This document shows, piece after piece, positions 57,724-64,000 of a DNA stretch of 64,000 nt; position 1 is the stretch's first letter, and every line of letters starts with the position of its first letter. The position numbers and the translations under genes were made by a program. Source of the DNA: Methylotenera sp. (GTDB lineage Bacteria > Pseudomonadota > Gammaproteobacteria > Burkholderiales > Methylophilaceae); contig JANOWN010000028.1 of NCBI GenBank assembly GCA_031417915.1, positions 26,936-90,935 on the forward strand, in the 5' to 3' direction. The notes beneath the pieces were generated by a model that was not told the DNA's origin, did no database searches, and saw only the letters and a program-made list of their open reading frames with translations.

Positions 57724-59751
57724 GTGTCAAATCCATTACTGCATTTTGCTGGCTTACCTAAATTTAATGAGATAAAACCAGAGCATGTTTCACCCGCACT
57801 TGATTTGCTTTTAAGCGAGGGAAGGAAAACAATTGATGTCCTAGCAACCAATAGGGACGCGCCCTCCTGGCAGGGCTTTACGCTTAAATTGGAAGATTTA
57901 GACGAAAAAATATCACGCGCTTGGAGCCAAGTTGGGCATATGAATTCGGTGGTGAATAGCCCAGAATTACGCGAAGCCTATAACGATAATTTAGTAAAAC
58001 TCACCGATTTTTATAGCGATTTGGCGCAGGATGAGCGACTTTACACGAAATATCGTGCCATTAAAAACAGTGCGGAATTTTCAAAATTAAATAGTGCACA
58101 GCAAAAAATTATCAATAACGAAGTGCGTGATTTCAAACTCGGCGGCGCCGAATTGCCAGCAGATAAAAAAGCGCGCTTTAAAGCGATTAGCGAAGAACTT
58201 TCAAAACTTGCCGCTAAATTTGAAGAAAACGTGCTCGATACCACCAATGAATACGCGCTTTACGAGGCAGATGAATCCAAGCTAACTGGTATTCCTGAAG
58301 ACGTTTTGCAAGCTGCAAAAGAAGCCGCAATAGATAATAAAAAAACAGGCTATAAATTTACCCTGCATTTCCCCAGCTATTTACCTGTGCTGCAATACGC
58401 CGATAATCGTGAATTGCGCGAAACGCTTTATCGCGCTTACGCCACGCGCGCTTCGGAGTTCGGCAAACCAGAATTTGATAACACGCCGATTATTACGCAA
58501 CTATTAAAACTGCGCGAAGAAGAAGCAAAACTGCTGGATTTTAACAACTTCGCCGAGCTATCACTCGCCACAAAAATGGCCGACACACCAAAACAAGTAA
58601 TTGAGTTTTTGCAGAATTTAGCCCAAAAAGCTAAACCTTATGCTGCACAAGACAAATTAGAGCTTGAAACTTATGCCAAACAACTTGGCATTGACGATAT
58701 GCAAGCGTGGGACGTGGCTTACGTGAGCGAAAAGCTGCGCGAAGACAAATATGCGTTTTCTGATTTAGAAGTGAAGCAATACTTTCCTGAAGCCAAAGTG
58801 ATGGCGGGTTTGTTTAAAGTAGTAGAAACTATTTTTGGCGTATTCGTAACAAAAACCAGCGCGCCGACTTGGCATAAAGACGCGCATTTTTACGAAATTA
58901 CCGACCATAACAGTAAGCTTATCGGCCAATTTTATTTAGACTTATATGCCCGCAACAACAAGCGCGGCGGTGCTTGGATGGACGAAGCCATTACGCGCCG
59001 CGTGGTGGACAACAAGCTCACCACGCCAGTAGCGTATTTAACCTGCAACTTCAGCGCACCTGTTGGCGATAAACCTGCGCTATTTACGCACGATGAAGTC
59101 ATCACTATGTTCCACGAGTTTGGTCACGGCTTGCACCACATGCTCACAAAAGTAAACGATTACAGCGTTTCTGGCATTAAAGGTGTGGAGTGGGACGCGG
59201 TAGAACTACCCAGCCAGTTTATGGAAAACTTTTGCTGGGAATGGGATGTGCTGCGCCACATGACACAACATGTGGACACCGGCGCGCAATTGCCACGCGA
59301 ACTCTTCGACAAAATGGTCGCCGCCAAAAACTTTCAAGCAGGTATGCAAACCGTGCGCCAAATTGAATTTTCGTTATTCGACATTAAATTACACAGCGAA
59401 TTTAACCCAAATGGCAGTAAGTCCTCTTTAGATTTAATTGAAGAAATCCGTGATTCTGTAGCAGTAGTGCGGCCACCCAAATGGAATCGCTTTCCCAACA
59501 ATTTTAGCCACATTTTCGCTGGTGGCTACGCGGCGGGCTATTACAGCTACAAATGGGCAGAAGTTTTATCAGCCGATGCCTACAGCTTATTTGAAGAAAA
59601 CGGCGTGTTAAGCGCAGAAACTGGCCAAAAATTCTGGAACGAGATTTTAGCGCAAGGCGGCAGCCGCACTGCGATAGAATCGTTTGTCGCCTTCCGTGGT
59701 CGAGAACCCAGCATTGATGCGCTTCTCAGACATAATGGAATGAGCAATTGA
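57724..59751 (+). CDS. prlC: Oligopeptidase A (M3)
   Basis: GGAWM, HEFGH, DAVELPSQFME and YAAGYYSYKWAE motifs. Confidence 0.95.
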   Translation: MSNPLLHFAGLPKFNEIKPEHVSPALDLLLSEGRKTIDVLATNRDAPSWQGFTLKLEDLDEKISRAWSQVGHMNSVVNSPELREAYNDNLVKLTDFYSDLAQDERLYTKYRAIKNSAEFSKLNSAQQKIINNEVRDFKLGGAELPADKKARFKAISEELSKLAAKFEENVLDTTNEYALYEADESKLTGIPEDVLQAAKEAAIDNKKTGYKFTLHFPSYLPVLQYADNRELRETLYRAYATRASEFGKPEFDNTPIITQLLKLREEEAKLLDFNNFAELSLATKMADTPKQVIEFLQNLAQKAKPYAAQDKLELETYAKQLGIDDMQAWDVAYVSEKLREDKYAFSDLEVKQYFPEAKVMAGLFKVVETIFGVFVTKTSAPTWHKDAHFYEITDHNSKLIGQFYLDLYARNNKRGGAWMDEAITRRVVDNKLTTPVAYLTCNFSAPVGDKPALFTHDEVITMFHEFGHGLHHMLTKVNDYSVSGIKGVEWDAVELPSQFMENFCWEWDVLRHMTQHVDTGAQLPRELFDKMVAAKNFQAGMQTVRQIEFSLFDIKLHSEFNPNGSKSSLDLIEEIRDSVAVVRPPKWNRFPNNFSHIFAGGYAAGYYSYKWAEVLSADAYSLFEENGVLSAETGQKFWNEILAQGGSRTAIESFVAFRGREPSIDALLRHNGMSN

Positions 59752-60527
59752 AATTAGCAACATGGAACGTCAACTCTCTTAACGTGCGCTTGCCGCACGT
59801 TTTAGATTGGCTGCGTGACAACCCAATTGACGTGCTGTGCTTGCAAGAAACCAAGCAAGAAGACATTAAGTTTCCGTATGATGATTTGAAAAGTGCGGGT
59901 TACAACGCGATTCACCTTGGTCAAAAAACCTATAACGGCGTGGCGATTTTAAGTAAGCACGACATGACCGATATTGAGCATGGCATTGCCAACTTTGAGG
60001 ACGAACAAAAACGGGTGATTTCGGCTACGATTAACCATAACGGCAATAATCTGCGTGTCATTTGCGTCTACATTGTGAACGGCCAAGCCGTTGATAGCGA
60101 AAAATACGAATACAAAATGCGTTGGCTAAAGGCGCTTATTGATTGGCTTGCAGGTGAACTGAAAAAATACCCTAACTTAGTACTTTTGGGCGATTACAAT
60201 ATTGCGCCAGAAGATCGCGATTGCCACGACCCTGCGGCGTGGATTGGGCAGATTTTAGTTTCGCCACGCGAGCGTGAGATGTTTAAAAAGCTTACCCAGC
60301 TTGGGCTGCACGATAGTTTTAGATTGTTTGAGCAAGCCGATAAACAATTTTCTTGGTGGGATTATCGCATGATGGGGTTTAGGCGTAATTTTGGTATGCG
60401 CATTGACCATATTTTGGTGAGTGATGGCTTAAAAAGTAAGTGTGAAAGCTGCATGATTGATAAAGCGCCACGCAAGTTGGAGCGTCCATCTGACCACACA
60501 CCTGTGGTGTTAACTTTGGCGAATTAA
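59748..60527 (+). CDS. xth: Exodeoxyribonuclease III
   Basis: TWNVNS, LQETK, YNGVAI, GDYN, RIDH and SDH motifs. Confidence 0.95.
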   Translation: MKLATWNVNSLNVRLPHVLDWLRDNPIDVLCLQETKQEDIKFPYDDLKSAGYNAIHLGQKTYNGVAILSKHDMTDIEHGIANFEDEQKRVISATINHNGNNLRVICVYIVNGQAVDSEKYEYKMRWLKALIDWLAGELKKYPNLVLLGDYNIAPEDRDCHDPAAWIGQILVSPREREMFKKLTQLGLHDSFRLFEQADKQFSWWDYRMMGFRRNFGMRIDHILVSDGLKSKCESCMIDKAPRKLERPSDHTPVVLTLAN

Positions 60528-60552
60528 TTTAATTGAAATAAATTGAAAAAAT

Positions 60553-60595
60553 ATGCCCTGGGAGCCAATATCCATGCGGGAGGGGTTGCAGGGCA
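60553..60595 (+). repeat. Intergenic AATATCCATGC-loop hairpin with an insertion in the right arm
   Basis: ATGCCCTGGGAGCC-AATATCCATGC-GGGAGGGGTTGCAGGGCA between convergent genes. Confidence 0.85.
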
Positions 60596-60604
60596 GCTAA
60601 ATAA

Positions 60605-61873
60605 TTAACCTTTTATCTTAATCCCAAGTTGTTTGAGTTTGCGATACAAGTGCGTGCGCTCTAGGCCAGAAATTTCGGCCAGTTTGCTCATGTTACTGCT
60701 AATCACCGCCATGTGATGTTGAAAGTAAAAGCGCTCAAAATCGTCGCGCGCCTCACGCAGTGGCAAGGCTAAATTCACCGGTAGCGATTGCAATTTAGAT
60801 TCTTGACTTTCTGGCGTATCAGAAAATTGTTCCATTACCCGATTCACATCATTTAAGGTAATTTTTTCTTCTAAACTGCTCAGCATTAAGTTTTGTACGA
60901 CGGCTTCCAGCTCAGCCAAATCACCTGGCCAATCGGCATTTCTTAATGCGTTAAGCGCAGCAACATCAAAAATTTTGTAATTGACGGCAGCAGTTTCCAC
61001 CAGCAAATTCGCCATGGCCGTGGCAAGATCTGGAATATCTTCGCGATGATCATTGAGCGCGGGGACTTTTAAGGTGCTGGTTGAAAGTGACTGCAATAGG
61101 ACATGATCAAACTGCTCATTCTCTGCCAGTTGCGGCAAACTGTGATGACTAGCGCAAACCACGCGCACTTGATATTTCTCCGCCTTTGCCAACAACAAAG
61201 TCAAGCCTTTTTGCTCGGTTTTATTCAGCGCTACGACCTCATCAATAAACACAATGCCATCACGCGCCTGCTCCAAAATCTCTAAAGGCGCAGTGGCTAA
61301 TTTTTCGTATTCAGTTAAGCCCAGCCAAGGCGTATCTGCCGCGTGTAAAAAGCGTGCACACAACTCTATGCTGCCGCCTTTTTTGCCAATGAGCAATAAA
61401 GCATTTTTTGTGCGTGAGATTTGCTCTAAGCGCTGTTTTAGCTCATTAATGACCAAGCTTTTACCAAAGCTGGCTAAGTTCATTTCGGTTTTGGGTAGCG
61501 TTTCAGAATGCTTTAACGCGGCTGTCACCGTTTTAAGCAGCTTTTGTAGGGCGATGGGTTTTTCTAAAAAATCAAAAGCGCCAATGCGCGTGGCTTCTAC
61601 TGCGGTATCAATCGTGCCGTGGCCAGACATCATCACCACTGGCATAGTCAGCAGCCCCGCATTGCCCCATTCTTTCAGCAAACTAATGCCATCACAATCT
61701 GGCATCCAAATATCTAGCAATACTAAATCTGGGCGCTGCTTTAAGCGTGCATCGCGCGCCGCTTGGGCGTTTTCTGCAACCGAAACTTGGTGCCCTTCAT
61801 CGAGCAAAATATCGCTTAATAATTCGCGAATCCCAATTTCATCATCCACTACTAAAATATTTCGTGACGCCAT
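60605..61873 (-). CDS. NtrX-like response regulator (receiver, degenerate AAA+, Fis HTH)
   Basis: DIWMPD, SGHG, FLEKP, LREARDDFER and ERTHLYRKL motifs. Confidence 0.85.
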   Translation of the reverse strand: MASRNILVVDDEIGIRELLSDILLDEGHQVSVAENAQAARDARLKQRPDLVLLDIWMPDCDGISLLKEWGNAGLLTMPVVMMSGHGTIDTAVEATRIGAFDFLEKPIALQKLLKTVTAALKHSETLPKTEMNLASFGKSLVINELKQRLEQISRTKNALLLIGKKGGSIELCARFLHAADTPWLGLTEYEKLATAPLEILEQARDGIVFIDEVVALNKTEQKGLTLLLAKAEKYQVRVVCASHHSLPQLAENEQFDHVLLQSLSTSTLKVPALNDHREDIPDLATAMANLLVETAAVNYKIFDVAALNALRNADWPGDLAELEAVVQNLMLSSLEEKITLNDVNRVMEQFSDTPESQESKLQSLPVNLALPLREARDDFERFYFQHHMAVISSNMSKLAEISGLERTHLYRKLKQLGIKIKG

Positions 61874-61887
61874 ATTTACTTCCCTTT

Positions 61888-63999
61888 TTATGCTACTTTT
61901 GCCATTTTTTGCTTCTTTAAAGAGGTTTTTACTTTAATTTCACTCTTTAATTTTGTTTCGCTGGGCTTTGATTCTTTCGCTTTTTCAATGGGCAGCACTA
62001 TAGTAATACAGGCGCCACCTGTTAGGTTGTTTTCTATTTTAATTTGTCCAAAATGTTCTTCAATCATCTTTTTAACAATCGCCAAACCCAAACCCGTGCC
62101 ATGTACTTTGGTGGTGACATAAGGTTCGAAAGCGTGCGAAAGCAAATCCACAGGGAAGCCTTGCCCATTATCTTTCACGATAAGTTTTATAGTGGTTTCA
62201 TTAAATACGGTTTGCACCAAAATCTCCGGTGCTTCCACTTGCTTCAGCGCGTCTTGCGCATTTTGCATTAAATTATGCAGCACTTGCCGCAACATGGTCG
62301 CGTCGCCCTTTATATCTGGCATATTGGGCATTAAGCTGTAGCTAATTTTAACTTGTGCACCGTCTTCACTATTTGCCTCATCTTTGGCGCCTTCATAAAG
62401 CGCCGAAACGTCTTTAATCAGTTTATTAATATTCAACTTACTTAAATTGGCCGAAGGCGCGCGTGCGTATTCGCTAAACTCATTCACCATACTTTTCAAA
62501 GCCGTCACTTGATTCACAATAGTATCAGTGCCGCGCAGCAATACATTGGCATCATCTGCGCTTAATTTTGCGCTGAGCTTATGTTGCAAACGTTCAGCAG
62601 AAAGCTGAATCGGCGTCAGTGGATTTTTAATTTCATGCGCCAGCCGCCGCGCCACCTCGCCCCAAGCCGCGTCACGCTGCGCTTGCGCCATGGTGGTGAC
62701 ATCATCAAACACTACCACAAAGCCGCTGCCTGCGCTGGCTGGCAAACGCGTCGCGCGCACCAATAATAATTGCTTGCCTTGTGGTCGCACAATTTCAAGC
62801 TGTTTGGTCAACTCTTGCTTTTCTTGGCCTTTGGTTTTAGTCAACTCGTAATGCGATTGCAACAATTGTATAAATTCTGTTAAATAAATTTGGTTTTTGG
62901 CTATTTCAGCAAAAGGTATATTCTCAAATGGAACAAGATTCATTTCTAAAATAGTACTTGCCGCCACGTTATAAGTGCGTAACTCGGCTTTTTCATTGAG
63001 TGCCAATACGCCCGAAGACAAATGCGCCAAAATAGTTTCTAAATAACCACGCGCCGCTTCAACGCGCGCTCTGTTCCTATCTGCCGCCTTGGTGGCGTCA
63101 TCCAATTGGCGCGTCATACTGTTAAACGATTTCACCAAAATACCCAGTTCATCTTCGCCGTGTTCGGGCAACATGGTGCTGTAATCGCCGCTGGCAATGG
63201 CGCGCGTGCCTTCTGCCAACACGCTAAGCGGTTGCGTTAATCTGCGGCTGAGTACAAACGCAATAGCCAATGCAGATAACATGGCCAGCATCAATACCAA
63301 GGTCAGCGTGAGCTTAAAATTATCCTTAAGTGAATCGCGGCTGTACGAAAGCTCCTGATAATCGCGATACACGTCTTGCACCGCCTCCGCTGTGTTTGAG
63401 AGCGATTTTGGCACTGGCTGTAACAGCTGCAAAATGCGCGTTTCGCCAGCAAGCTCCTGCACATTCACTGGCGCCAACACGCGTAAATACAGACCTTTAT
63501 TGGGAATCGGCTCAATTTTTCCATACACGCGCGTTTGCGCTTGGCGCAACTGCTGTACGCTGGGCAATTCTGGCAAAAAACTATTCGGATCGCTACTAGA
63601 AATCGAGATAATGCGGCCTTGCGGCGTGAGTAAAACCGCATCTTGAATACCCGACTTTTCGCGTAAATCATTCAGTAAACTATAATGTGTGCGTGATGGT
63701 TGAAAAGCCAAGCTGGTGGCCATGTTCTCAGCTTTTTCTTCAATATCTGTCAGCATAATATCGAGTGCGCGTTGCCCCAAACTCAAACCGCCATCCAACG
63801 CCGATTCTACCTTCACGTTAAACCAAGATTCTATCGAACGCGTGAGAAAATTCACCGAAACCAAATACACAATCAGCCCAGGAATAATCGCCATCAAAGC
63901 AAATGTGCCCAGCAAGCGCAGTGTGAGGCGGCTGCCCATGACGCCGCTTTTAATTTTTTTGTATAAATGCCAAAGTTGAAAGCCAATCAGCACGACAAG
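61888..63999 (-). CDS. NtrY-like sensor kinase (HAMP-PAS-HisKA-HATPase); 5' end lies outside the window
   Basis: SIESWF, HAMP, AWGEVARRLAHEIKNPLTPI and GTGLGL motifs. Confidence 0.9.
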   Translation of the reverse strand, partial: LVVLIGFQLWHLYKKIKSGVMGSRLTLRLLGTFALMAIIPGLIVYLVSVNFLTRSIESWFNVKVESALDGGLSLGQRALDIMLTDIEEKAENMATSLAFQPSRTHYSLLNDLREKSGIQDAVLLTPQGRIISISSSDPNSFLPELPSVQQLRQAQTRVYGKIEPIPNKGLYLRVLAPVNVQELAGETRILQLLQPVPKSLSNTAEAVQDVYRDYQELSYSRDSLKDNFKLTLTLVLMLAMLSALAIAFVLSRRLTQPLSVLAEGTRAIASGDYSTMLPEHGEDELGILVKSFNSMTRQLDDATKAADRNRARVEAARGYLETILAHLSSGVLALNEKAELRTYNVAASTILEMNLVPFENIPFAEIAKNQIYLTEFIQLLQSHYELTKTKGQEKQELTKQLEIVRPQGKQLLLVRATRLPASAGSGFVVVFDDVTTMAQAQRDAAWGEVARRLAHEIKNPLTPIQLSAERLQHKLSAKLSADDANVLLRGTDTIVNQVTALKSMVNEFSEYARAPSANLSKLNINKLIKDVSALYEGAKDEANSEDGAQVKISYSLMPNMPDIKGDATMLRQVLHNLMQNAQDALKQVEAPEILVQTVFNETTIKLIVKDNGQGFPVDLLSHAFEPYVTTKVHGTGLGLAIVKKMIEEHFGQIKIENNLTGGACITIVLPIEKAKESKPSETKLKSEIKVKTSLKKQKMAKVA

Positions 64000-64000
64000 T

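Noticed and set aside
1-64000. tRNA, rRNA, tmRNA, 6S RNA, prophage or IS elements
   Set aside because: No intergenic region shows a cloverleaf or other recognisable RNA signature, and no ORF has integrase, transposase or phage hallmarks.

Overview
This is a dense core-genome segment of a betaproteobacterium. Gene order and protein style suggest Methylophilaceae (Methylotenera/Methylophilus-like), which is an inference. It holds about 60 CDS: engB, trmB, folM, ttcA, topA, pbpG, gcvH, holC-pepA-lptFG, an ECF sigma cluster, pilSR, ampD-RND, purM, hda, soxYZ, moaC, thiO, kdsD-kdsC-lptCAB-rpoN-hpf-hprK-rapZ-EIIA-ptsH-ptsI, prlC, xth and an ntrYX-like pair. I found no rRNA, tRNA, CRISPR array, integrase or transposase. 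Accessory content is small: a two-module toxin-antitoxin island (an AbiE-like pair plus a RelE/ParE pair, both with palindromic operators) between folM and ttcA, a lone DUF4238 gene after hda, and a divergent secreted-peptide/beta-barrel/lipoprotein locus. The most unusual signal is not a gene. It is a dispersed ~35-40 bp hairpin motif (consensus about ATGCCCTGCAAGCC-AATATCCATGC-GGGTTGCAGGGCAT) with a conserved asymmetric 11-nt loop. It occurs 5 times between genes and about 6 times inside unrelated housekeeping genes (holC, hda, gcvH, an RsmB-family gene, a MidA-family gene), apparently written over native codons. A second, separate CGTC-tagged REP-like family occurs as three inverted pairs. 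All alignments and counts were done by eye and need computational confirmation.
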